A stretch of DNA of 64,000 nucleotides from a virus. How positions within the stretch are numbered: position 1 is the first letter of the stretch; every line of letters begins with the position of its first letter. The notes under the pieces were generated by a model. That model made no database searches and had not been told where the DNA came from. It worked only from the letters and a program-made list of their open reading frames with translations. Shown one piece after another: positions 30,853 through 38,588 of this stretch. Position numbers and translations under genes: made by a program. The DNA lies in IMG/VR virus record IMGVR_UViG_3300037247_000353, positions 4,417 to 68,416 of that record. One strand, given 5' to 3'.

Positions 30853-31857
30853 CTATCTCCGTGTCAATGTTTCGTGTGCAGGTTGCATATCTGAATCGAA
30901 GTATCCGCGATAATAATATGAACTACCTAGCAGCTTAGCTGATTTTGGTAAAAGCTTTTTTGGACCAAAATAAAACATATTTTCTTTTTTATTAAAATGA
31001 CAATAATATCCTCGGCTTAAACAGTCGTGGTAAGGCAAAGGACATATTGGTTTTTCCAATATTTGTATTGCTGGAACCTTAAAAACACTATTTATATTGG
31101 GGCGATTATCGTAGCAACTAGCGGTAAAACCCTTATTTTTCAAAATCGCCAAAAATAAAGATCTATAAAAGCCGGATTCTGCATAAATAATTCCATAATA
31201 TTTTTTAAATTTATGTGTTGGATTTTTTCTAATTAAGATTGCCCTAGCAACCCCTCTATTTGCAACTTTCAAATACACACCCTGCGTATATGGACAGTGA
31301 GAATACCACATAGACGGCCATAAATTATGTTCTTTATACAAATAGTTCCGTAACCAAGTATTATATGATGTACTTTTAGGAGACATACAACTAAGTGCAT
31401 GAACCTCATACAAAGCAATATGATCTTCAGGAGTCTCACAAATTACCATCTTTGCAGAATTTTTTAATATCTTATGCATTATTTTTTGGGAGTAGTCTCG
31501 TATTTCATTATCCTTAAGTCCACTTTTATTTAACCTTAAATATTTAATCAGAAAAGAAGTTAGTTTTACAGTCTCATTAACTTTTAAATAGTTAGTTTCT
31601 GGAACTGTTTTTAGTTTTCTTTTTAGCCCAATTAAAGTAGGTTTAAATGTGTCTTCATCTATTTTAATCTTACGTTTAACTAGTTTTGTATTAAATTGAA
31701 TATGCTTATACACACGCACACGACCCTCCCCGTTCAGAGAGGCTAATGGCAATTTTATGGGAATGGAATCTGGGAATTCTTTGCGAATAATACGAAATAT
31801 AACATATGCTTCAGGGCACGTACTGTCCAATAACGTTTCAATAGATTTGGAAAACAT
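30853..31857 (-). CDS. Conserved phage protein, (S/T)CM...AR...YG...PY-x-D family, paralog 1
   Basis: LSCMS, QGVY...VARA, YYGIIY, CPLPYHD; aligns by eye with 29249-30850. Confidence 0.55.
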   Translation of the reverse strand: MFSKSIETLLDSTCPEAYVIFRIIRKEFPDSIPIKLPLASLNGEGRVRVYKHIQFNTKLVKRKIKIDEDTFKPTLIGLKRKLKTVPETNYLKVNETVKLTSFLIKYLRLNKSGLKDNEIRDYSQKIMHKILKNSAKMVICETPEDHIALYEVHALSCMSPKSTSYNTWLRNYLYKEHNLWPSMWYSHCPYTQGVYLKVANRGVARAILIRKNPTHKFKKYYGIIYAESGFYRSLFLAILKNKGFTASCYDNRPNINSVFKVPAIQILEKPICPLPYHDCLSRGYYCHFNKKENMFYFGPKKLLPKSAKLLGSSYYYRGYFDSDMQPAHETLTRR

Positions 31858-31882
31858 TTAAAGCTCCTACACATTTGATAGG

Positions 31883-31977
31883 TGGCGTCCCAGGCTGGAT
31901 TTGAACCAACGTTTCACTCTCTAGTTATCCACTAGTGACTCAAGAGAGAGCGTCCTAGACCGCTAGACGACAGGGAC
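31883..31977 (-). tRNA. tRNA-Glu-like RNA with expanded (24-nt) anticodon loop, encoded CCA
   Basis: GTCCCTG TC GTCT AGCGGTCTA GGAC G CTCTC [TCTTGAGTCACTAGTGGATAACTA] GAGAG TGAAAC GTTGG TTCAAAT CCAGC CTGGGAC G CCA; acceptor and D arms nearly identical to bacterial tRNA-Glu. Confidence 0.85.
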
Positions 31978-31980
31978 ATA

Positions 31981-32025
31981 CGGGGGAATCTCTTCCCCCG
32001 ATTAACCACTAAGAATTTAGCGGTT
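31981..32025 (-). other. Two stem-loops immediately 5' of the tRNA-like RNA
   Basis: AACCGCTAA-ATTC-TTAGTGGTT (G-U pair only on the minus strand) and CGGGGGAA-GAGA-TTCCCCCG (GNRA loop), ending 3 nt before tRNA G1. Confidence 0.65.
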
Positions 32026-32029
32026 TATG

Positions 32030-32467
32030 TCACGCTTGCCCTGAGAGCTTGTAGGAGCCAACAACAGTAGCCTTGCCTCGCCCTGGTCCTACCGCGAAAT
32101 CACGCGACCGGAGATTGAGGGAAACACAGTCACCATCACGATTTGTGCCAAGGTGGGCATAGACATTATTACCCTCGGCAATCGTGAACAGCATATCATC
32201 TGCAACCTTTGAACGGGCCATCTTCTTATGCTGACTTGGGGGAAGGAAGTTCGCCTTAATGTCGTAGGAGCCCACGACAATTACCTTCTTACCAGCCCCT
32301 GAGACTGATGTGAAGGCCAGATTACCATTCGCCATATTGATGCTGGCGAACTTTCCGTTTTGACCAATAGCACCGTAACGTTTTTGGCCAATACGACCGC
32401 TGGCCATGCTGATACCAAAAATTGCACCAACAGGGACACTACGACGAGTAGTTTTCTTATTCGGCAT
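32030..32467 (-). CDS. Basic protein with two tandem beta-rich repeats
   Basis: 145 aa; halves end SIN...VIVVGSYDI and SLN...ATVVGSYKL; GC richer than neighbours. Confidence 0.6.
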   Translation of the reverse strand: MPNKKTTRRSVPVGAIFGISMASGRIGQKRYGAIGQNGKFASINMANGNLAFTSVSGAGKKVIVVGSYDIKANFLPPSQHKKMARSKVADDMLFTIAEGNNVYAHLGTNRDGDCVSLNLRSRDFAVGPGRGKATVVGSYKLSGQA

Positions 32468-32473
32468 TTACAA

Positions 32474-32709
32474 TCCTATCTGGATTTGGGTTTCAACATT
32501 ATAGGACAGTAACCTTACACCAGGGCGTCATGGCGACCCGATGCGACTTCGCTGCCCTTCACCAAAGTCAAGGTGTTCGATGACGAGACCTGTTTTGTCA
32601 CCTACAGGGAGGCGGACCCATGTATCTCGCCTTTAGGGGTGGTAGCCTTATTCCTAGGATGGCATCTGCCGAGCCAAAACTACCACGCAGAACGCTTCTT
32701 TCATCCATT
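32474..32709 (-). ncRNA. Candidate structured RNA / 5' leader
   Basis: GC-rich intergenic region after a clear promoter; several helices and a possible H-type pseudoknot (see findings). Confidence 0.55.
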
Positions 32710-32715
32710 ATCTAA

Positions 32716-32744
32716 ATAATACCATAATGAATCAATTAAGTCAA
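32716..32744 (-). promoter_or_regulatory. Sigma70-type promoter TTGACT-17-TATTAT (extended -10)
   Basis: Direct motif match; points into the structured RNA/tRNA operon. Confidence 0.7.
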
Positions 32745-32942
32745 ATCAGATATAATAGTATTTATAATAGTTTGAATGTTTGTTACTTCTTTACACCTAA
32801 ACCCAGCACCTATGCTTATTGTAGAACCAATAATCATAGATATATGTTGTTCATGTATTATTTTAGAAACTATATCATTATCATCCACTATATACATATT
32901 CCCTTTATGGCACCTGCAACCACATATAATTAATTTACTCAT
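32736..32942 (-). CDS. Small ORF, weak member of the C-terminal helix family
   Basis: Ends NIQTIINTII. Confidence 0.35.
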   Translation of the reverse strand: MSKLIICGCRCHKGNMYIVDDNDIVSKIIHEQHISMIIGSTISIGAGFRCKEVTNIQTIINTIISDLT

Positions 32943-33385
32943 AATTTATCGTACCCATCTTTTGTAGTGTAGTACACATTTTCAATTTTAGCAAGTTTGA
33001 TTAATTCTTGGCATATTTTGCAAGGTCTAGCCAAAGCAATTTCATCTTGTTTAGTTATCCTTAAAGTAAATAAACTAAGTCCTTCACAATTATCTAACCC
33101 CTGAAATAAAATTACAGCCTGCTCTGCATGTAGATAGGGATAAGGAGTAAATTTCACTAATGCAGGGTGAGTTTTATAGCTATTATACCTTGATATAATT
33201 CCTACTGGGCCATTAACAAGCACAGCACCTAACCTAAATGTGCTGCCATCTCTACCACCTACACCTGGGCCATCCAAGGCTATCAATCTAGCTATATCGA
33301 ACATACGTTTGTGCCGGGCTATTTCTATACCCGATATGAAATCTTTAAGTTGCATTATTTTTTCCAGCGATTCTAATGGCATCAT
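32939..33385 (-). CDS. Zinc-dependent cytidine/deoxycytidylate-type deaminase
   Basis: LGAVLV, HAE, ARPCKIC, VYYT. Confidence 0.8.
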   Translation of the reverse strand: MMPLESLEKIMQLKDFISGIEIARHKRMFDIARLIALDGPGVGGRDGSTFRLGAVLVNGPVGIISRYNSYKTHPALVKFTPYPYLHAEQAVILFQGLDNCEGLSLFTLRITKQDEIALARPCKICQELIKLAKIENVYYTTKDGYDKL

Positions 33386-33523
33386 TAATCATATCGCGAA
33401 CTTGATGAAGCTCTTTATACGTCAAATATATTTCATATCTAGGTATATCATCAGGATTACCTTGAAGACAATAAAAATTTGTTGATTTATCGAAAGATAA
33501 GGTTATCAGACATTTCATGTAAT

Positions 33524-33847
33524 CTACTCCGGGGGTTTCAACATTTGTTGTATATTTTTAAACGCATGTTTTTTATGAATATCAGACATTTTAAATTGAT
33601 TATCCTCTAAATCAGTTCTGTAATCTCCCTGCAAGACAGCACGATGATACTCAATTCTATTAGTCCACTTACCAAGAAATAAATGAATACAGCCAAGACT
33701 TAATTTTTTGTCATAATAATTATACAATTGTGTTTTAATATCATAAGTTAAGGGTTTTGGCATAAGGGGATTAAATAAATGAGGAAAGTCTGTTGTAAGG
33801 ACGCAAAATATATTTGTATATATATTTAACCTAGTAGGACTTTTCAC
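33524..33847 (-). CDS. ProQ/FinO-domain RNA chaperone
   Basis: FPHLF...PKPL..DI...LS...LFL.KWT...EY...V......R.DL......H..HA follows the ProQ/FinO pattern. Confidence 0.65.
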   Translation of the reverse strand: MKSPTRLNIYTNIFCVLTTDFPHLFNPLMPKPLTYDIKTQLYNYYDKKLSLGCIHLFLGKWTNRIEYHRAVLQGDYRTDLEDNQFKMSDIHKKHAFKNIQQMLKPPE

Positions 33848-34157
33848 GTTGTTCCTCCCTGGAAGAATGTATAACTGGTTTTAAACCATCCCCATAATAA
33901 AGTAGACAATATATACCCGCCATATTTAAAGAAACAAAAGACCAACTACCAGTTTCTACATTAACAAAGAAATGTAAAGTATGTTTACTATCACCAAAAA
34001 CCCCTGTAAGTAAGACAATTTCTCCATATGTTTCATATAGATCAAGCTCTTTATTACAATCTATTGATATCGTTGTGTTAATTCGTTCAGCAAGACTAGA
34101 AGTAGGCACAATAGCAGCAACACAAGCAATAGCTAATATCTTCAATATTTTTAACAT
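33831..34157 (-). CDS. Secreted/periplasmic hypothetical protein
   Basis: Signal peptide MLKILKILAIACVAAIVPTSSLA; FVNVETGSWS...C motif. Confidence 0.55.
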   Translation of the reverse strand: MLKILKILAIACVAAIVPTSSLAERINTTISIDCNKELDLYETYGEIVLLTGVFGDSKHTLHFFVNVETGSWSFVSLNMAGIYCLLYYGDGLKPVIHSSREEQREKSY

Positions 34158-34185
34158 GGTGCTAATCCTCCTTTCACCATGTCTT

Positions 34186-34214
34186 ATTATACTATTACTA
34201 AACCCTTATGTCAA
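34186..34214 (-). promoter_or_regulatory. Consensus sigma70 promoter TTGACA-17-TATAAT
   Basis: Perfect consensus; preceded by GGTCGCTGACC. Confidence 0.85.
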
Positions 34215-34225
34215 GGTCAGCGACC

Positions 34226-34259
34226 AAAAAAATAGGGCCGCCCACTAGGGCGGCCCCTA
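34226..34259 (-). terminator. Intrinsic terminator after the 423-aa gene
   Basis: GGGCCGCCC-N4-GGGCGGCCC followed by a U7 run on the minus strand. Confidence 0.85.
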
Positions 34260-34274
34260 AGTCTAGACAGAGAT

Positions 34275-35546
34275 TTATGCAGCAGCTTTTCCGATCTGTT
34301 CATGTAACACTTTGTAGATACTCATAATCGGCAGACGTTCTTCCTCGGGCAACTTGAAGATATTTGGAATATCCTCAAGACGCTCAACAGCCTGTTGGAA
34401 GCAGTTTGTAGCAATGCCGTTCGATTCACATTGGACCTCGATAGCCGCCTGAAGGTTGACCAAATCACCAGCAAGTGATTCAACACCCTGTTTATCCAGG
34501 CTTTCAATCATTTCCTGAACTATTCCACACACCTGCTTTTGAACCTCTTCCGGGATTTTAACTTCCCCGGTTTTCATTTCACGAGTCATGGCCTGCATAC
34601 CTTGCCAAACATCTTCAGGGGTTGATCCTTCCCCAAGATGCACTTCAACCGGAGTAGCCGAGGAACTGGAGATAGTTGCCTCACGTTGTTGCTTCTTACG
34701 ACGTAGTTTACCTGTCTTTTCATCGGTTTCAATCGACGAAGAAACAGTATTCTTGCTGAACACCTTATCATGTAGCAGGTCTGCATTATCCGCTGACATG
34801 TAAGTGAAGTAAGAATCAATATTAGGCTTTACAATAGGCTCTTTCTTTTTGCCTTTGGCCTCATAGACTATTTCAGGTTGAAGCATATTATACGGGGCTG
34901 CTGGGGCTACAGCATGCTTCTTGGGGTTGAACTTGGTCCCATCAGCCTCTGCGGGGGTACCAAGCATAGGCCGAGGCGACTTCTTAAAGATCTTATTCTC
35001 AGCAATACCAAAACACATGAGGATACCCGCCCTGTAGCATTTAGGTAGAGTGCTTTTGAGCGTTGGGCTCTCAAGAGTGTCCTTGAACGCAACTCCAGTC
35101 TCAGTGGAAGCGTTCTCAACTTCCTCCAAGAATGCAGCTTTTAATTCAAGCCATGCATCTTCTTTCGGTACTGGACCTGAAGGGGTCAGATTTGAAAGGG
35201 CGATACCCCTAACCTCAACCGTCTTATCTCCCTCCTGCTTCACACCCTCTTTGACGCCCATGCCTTCAGTGGAACGCCACATCAACTCAGCCATATGTGA
35301 CATAATTTGAGCATAGATACTCGTATCGCCCTTGAGCGTGAACCCTTCCAAGTCCCTCAGAAGCTTAATAGCGTCCTTCTGAAGCTCCATAGCATCGGCG
35401 AGCTTGGGCTCGAAGGTACCTCTATCAGGGGCAATTTCGTCAAGCATAGGAAGCCCAAACGGCGGCAAATTATCCCCGGCCTTTGGGGCATCTTCAGTGG
35501 CCGATTTAGCTGCTGCTTCACGCTGTACTTTGTTTGGCTTACCCAT
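34275..35546 (-). CDS. Monocistronic 423-aa hypothetical protein
   Basis: Own promoter, GGAG RBS and terminator; GC-richer codons; Lys/Glu-rich. Confidence 0.7.
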   Translation of the reverse strand: MGKPNKVQREAAAKSATEDAPKAGDNLPPFGLPMLDEIAPDRGTFEPKLADAMELQKDAIKLLRDLEGFTLKGDTSIYAQIMSHMAELMWRSTEGMGVKEGVKQEGDKTVEVRGIALSNLTPSGPVPKEDAWLELKAAFLEEVENASTETGVAFKDTLESPTLKSTLPKCYRAGILMCFGIAENKIFKKSPRPMLGTPAEADGTKFNPKKHAVAPAAPYNMLQPEIVYEAKGKKKEPIVKPNIDSYFTYMSADNADLLHDKVFSKNTVSSSIETDEKTGKLRRKKQQREATISSSSATPVEVHLGEGSTPEDVWQGMQAMTREMKTGEVKIPEEVQKQVCGIVQEMIESLDKQGVESLAGDLVNLQAAIEVQCESNGIATNCFQQAVERLEDIPNIFKLPEEERLPIMSIYKVLHEQIGKAAA

Positions 35547-35619
35547 AACATATCTCCCATATTGGTAAACCCTATTATCACAATAGGGGTAAATTTCGGG
35601 AAATCCCGAAACTGCCTAC

Positions 35620-35648
35620 AAAATACGCCATAGGGAAATCTATGTCAA
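35620..35648 (-). promoter_or_regulatory. Sigma70 promoter TTGACA-17-TATTTT
   Basis: Motif match upstream of the 423-aa gene. Confidence 0.65.
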
Positions 35649-35763
35649 GGAGAAGAAATTCCTAGAAAAAAGCTAGGAAAATCAGGAGGATGGCCAAAAA
35701 TTTTAGGAAAATAGGATTGGGGGGAGGTTGACCTGTTGCGGGTTTGTTCCCGGCACGTTTTAT

Positions 35764-36003
35764 TTAAGAATAAAGATTCCGTATACATCTATAAAGCCAA
35801 CGAGAACCAAGGCCTAATGTCAAATATATCAAAATAGCGGGAAGGGAGAGCGGCCAAAAGGCACCTGCCCACGCCATCAAAAGAGGAGACTTTCCAACAA
35901 TATCGTTTGGGTCAGAGGAGGCGTAAACTATAGCTGTAATCACAGACATTACTAAATATCCAAATATTATCATTGAAGTAATCATCACCTTCTCCCTTCC
36001 CAA
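35764..36003 (-). CDS. Small two-TM membrane protein
   Basis: Two hydrophobic segments, FWPLSLP. Confidence 0.5.
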   Translation of the reverse strand: MGREKVMITSMIIFGYLVMSVITAIVYASSDPNDIVGKSPLLMAWAGAFWPLSLPAILIYLTLGLGSRWLYRCIRNLYS

Positions 36004-36008
36004 ATTAC

Positions 36009-36029
36009 GTCGCTAAAGTATTTAGCGAC
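36009..36029. repeat. GTCGYTAA palindrome family, copy 1
   Basis: GTCGCTAAA-GTA-TTTAGCGAC. Confidence 0.65.
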
Positions 36030-36341
36030 AAACCCGGTCTTAATCCACCAGGGCTTCCAAAATTCCCACTATTTCCTCATCGGATTTCTTCTTTATATGT
36101 GAGTGTCACCCCAAAATTAGCTATGTGATTTGGCTTAGAAAAATAAAAACAATAATCCTTAACATTCAGACTTGGTAAGTCAATATTTAGTGAACGTAAC
36201 CAAGTAAACAAAGCCTCCTGAACCTGATCAGGGTTCATTTCAAAAGTCATTGTTCTTATAGTACTATCCTCGATGCATATTGTAGGACGTTTATCAGTAA
36301 TCACAGAAACCTCCTGGGTTTGGATTAAGCTTTGCGACCAA

Positions 36342-36370
36342 ATACTACCAAATATATACCATTGCGTCAA
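36342..36370 (-). promoter_or_regulatory. Sigma70 promoter TTGACG-17-TAGTAT (leftward)
   Basis: Motif match; preceded by GGTCGTTGACC as at 34215-34225. Confidence 0.6.
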
Positions 36371-36454
36371 GGTCAACGACCGGCCCCGGAAAAAATTCCT
36401 GACAGGCTGCTAGTCCCTTGATTTTTCTGAAAAATTTTCAAGAATTTAAACTTC

Positions 36455-36483
36455 TTGACAGACTTTTCGGAAAGGTATATTTT
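36455..36483 (+). promoter_or_regulatory. Sigma70 promoter TTGACA-17-TATTTT (rightward, early genes)
   Basis: Motif match with AT-rich upstream region; divergent from 36342-36370. Confidence 0.65.
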
Positions 36484-36525
36484 GGATAACGAAATGCCAG
36501 AAGCCTATTAACAGGAGTAAATACT

Positions 36526-36732
36526 ATGCAACGCAAACGCCACCTTCAAATCCTAAAAATGCTTAAGGAAGCAAGGCAAAGTAGTGCAACATTTAGCGCG
36601 ACTTGGCAAACCCAAATCAGAAAAGCCTTCATTGACCTGGAACATGCTGCATTTAAAGCCAGGGCAATATCCCAAACACGATCTCAGACCACTAAAGACC
36701 AAATCAAAAACTTCGTCAAATCTCAGGGATAA
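36526..36732 (+). CDS. Early hypothetical protein
   Basis: AGGAG RBS; first gene after the promoter. Confidence 0.55.
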   Translation: MQRKRHLQILKMLKEARQSSATFSATWQTQIRKAFIDLEHAAFKARAISQTRSQTTKDQIKNFVKSQG

Positions 36733-36904
36733 GGAGTAAGCAAGTGGCTTATGTTACTGAAGACAAGCGCGTCCAGCAAATTATCAACCGCCTAAACGCT
36801 CACAAAATAACCCGCGAACAAGCCGCCCAAGAGATCAAAGCCTTGCCACCACAAAAGGGCGCTCGTTGCAGTTTTCTTGATTGGGAAATTGAAGAAGCCC
36901 TATC

Positions 36905-37180
36905 ATGAAAGTATTTAAAATCATAGTTCGAGGTCATGGGCCATTTCCCATAGACCTGTTAAGACGAGAGCTATGTTGGCCTCGTGCAACATGGGATTCA
37001 CTAGCCATAATAGAATCCTTACAGAATTTCAATACGGTCGCTAAACAATTAGCGACCTACACAATCACCTTGACTGGACTAAAAATGCCAGTTATAATGC
37101 TTTGGAGGGAGTGTGGGTATTGTGTAGTTAAAGTCGAAGGAACTACTCTGAAGCGTGCTGAACACAAACTAGGAGTATGA
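36905..37180 (+). CDS. Conserved phage early protein
   Basis: F...V.G.G.FP.D.LR...CWP motif. Confidence 0.55.
   Translation: MKVFKIIVRGHGPFPIDLLRRELCWPRATWDSLAIIESLQNFNTVAKQLATYTITLTGLKMPVIMLWRECGYCVVKVEGTTLKRAEHKLGV
37036..37057. repeat. GTCGYTAA palindrome family, copy 2 (inside CDS)
   Basis: GGTCGCTAA-ACAA-TTAGCGACC. Confidence 0.6.
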
Positions 37181-37183
37181 AAC

Positions 37184-37471
37184 ATGAAGTTCAATGATCT
37201 TGAATTTGGCCCAGGGTCTCCATTTACAGGGGGTATACAAGCCAAACACTTCTTCCCTAACGGATATGGCGCTTCTGTAATACTAAGTCCCGTATCTTAT
37301 GGGAGTGATCAAGGACTGTACGAATTGGCAGTCCTAGAAGGCAATGAAAGGAAATGGCGTCTATGTTATGATACACCTGTCACAGAAGATGTGATTGGTA
37401 ACTTGACTGAGACGGGAGTAGAAAACCTTCTCGCCACAATTGAAGCACTAGAACACAAAATAGGAGTGTGA
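37184..37471 (+). CDS. Conserved phage early protein
   Basis: FPNGYGASVI...YG...GLYELAVL...YDTPVT.DV.G.L motif. Confidence 0.65.
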   Translation: MKFNDLEFGPGSPFTGGIQAKHFFPNGYGASVILSPVSYGSDQGLYELAVLEGNERKWRLCYDTPVTEDVIGNLTETGVENLLATIEALEHKIGV

Positions 37472-37477
37472 CTAGCT

Positions 37478-37807
37478 ATGGAACAGGAAATAGGTTATAA
37501 GGTACTTACAATATACCGTAAATCAGCAATAGTATCTAGAGTAAGTAGGAAGGGACAAGGGAAAGGTACCGTTTATTATCCTCCACATAAGAAAGTTGTA
37601 CCTAACAGCGGGTGTGGCCCGCTATGCATATTCACTAAACTTAGTCAAGCTATGGTCTTTAAGAAAATACAAGCCCCATCAGGAATCGTTGTTAAGTGCA
37701 ACTACGAGAAATCATTAAAAAACCATATTTGGATATTTGAATATTTATCTATTAGTTTTTTGCCTCGTGGGACAATCTTAGCTGATTCTGTAACCTGCTT
37801 GGAATAA
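37478..37807 (+). CDS. Early protein, paralog A
   Basis: MEQEIGYKVLT...CGPLCIF...LPRGTILADSVTCLE. Confidence 0.6.
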   Translation: MEQEIGYKVLTIYRKSAIVSRVSRKGQGKGTVYYPPHKKVVPNSGCGPLCIFTKLSQAMVFKKIQAPSGIVVKCNYEKSLKNHIWIFEYLSISFLPRGTILADSVTCLE

Positions 37808-37830
37808 GTCTTTTTGAAAGGAAAAAGACC

Positions 37831-38088
37831 ATGATCGGAAAAGGAACTACAAATAACTCACTGGCTAAATACAATCGGTCTCAAATGCAAGCCTGTATTA
37901 CGGTGGCTAGTAAGCAACGTGCAGCTAATCCTAGTGATCCATACACATATGATCGAGTTATGACGCACTTACTCGGTGGACTGTGTATGATTTCAGATTA
38001 CGAAGTAGAGTTTCGTAATGAACCAAGGACTACTGAAACTGGTAAGCCATACAATATTCAGATTCCTTGTAACCAGAAAAGGCCGTAG
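37831..38088 (+). CDS. Early hypothetical protein
   Basis: 85 aa with RBS. Confidence 0.45.
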   Translation: MIGKGTTNNSLAKYNRSQMQACITVASKQRAANPSDPYTYDRVMTHLLGGLCMISDYEVEFRNEPRTTETGKPYNIQIPCNQKRP

Positions 38089-38092
38089 GAAC

Positions 38093-38419
38093 ATGTCAGC
38101 AGATAATTGTATAGCTATCCTGAAAACTACCGACAAATTCAAGATAGTCGGGCCAGGGCATCTAAAAAATCTATTTGGGGAGGGTATTATTGCATACCGT
38201 GTAGCTCATATCCAGGCTCATGATAACTACGAGTGGTATAAAGACAATGAAATCCATAACTTAGGCTGCTGGTTTGCAGACCTATTTAAGAAATCAGAAG
38301 TATTTTATTCTAAGGACGAGGCAGCTAAAAGAGTAGTAGAACTATTACGCAAAGTTGATTATGTAGAATATGGTATAATTGACCTAGACGCATCAGAATA
38401 CAACTTCCCAGGCTGTTAA
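38093..38419 (+). CDS. Conserved phage early protein
   Basis: Start reassigned to MSADNCIAIL; YRVAHIQA...YVEYGI motif. Confidence 0.55.
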   Translation: MSADNCIAILKTTDKFKIVGPGHLKNLFGEGIIAYRVAHIQAHDNYEWYKDNEIHNLGCWFADLFKKSEVFYSKDEAAKRVVELLRKVDYVEYGIIDLDASEYNFPGC

Positions 38420-38429
38420 GGGGACTATC

Positions 38430-38588
38430 ATGAGCATCTGTCAACAAGCTATAGCATCCCGTCGCAAGGCTCGTAGAGATACACGCTACAAAGGGCTTAA
38501 GTTAGGTGATGCTGGTGTATCTAGGCGTCGTCTTGAGGCCAAGGTACGACGGGAATATGAGCGCAGTATGCGTAAACACAGAAAATAG
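38430..38588 (+). CDS. 52-aa Arg/Lys-rich protein
   Basis: Manual translation MSICQQAIASRRKARRDTRYKG...RKHRK; GGGG RBS. Confidence 0.45.
   Translation: MSICQQAIASRRKARRDTRYKGLKLGDAGVSRRRLEAKVRREYERSMRKHRK

Noticed and set aside
31883-31930. tRNA 3' end as an attP site
   Set aside because: No integrase in the window, and the 5' half and D arm are intact rather than a 3' fragment; cannot be fully excluded.
32595-32708. 36-codon ORF (MDERSVLRG...) in the structured leader
   Set aside because: Starts at the predicted TSS with no RBS; pairing explains the sequence better; a leader peptide is not excluded.
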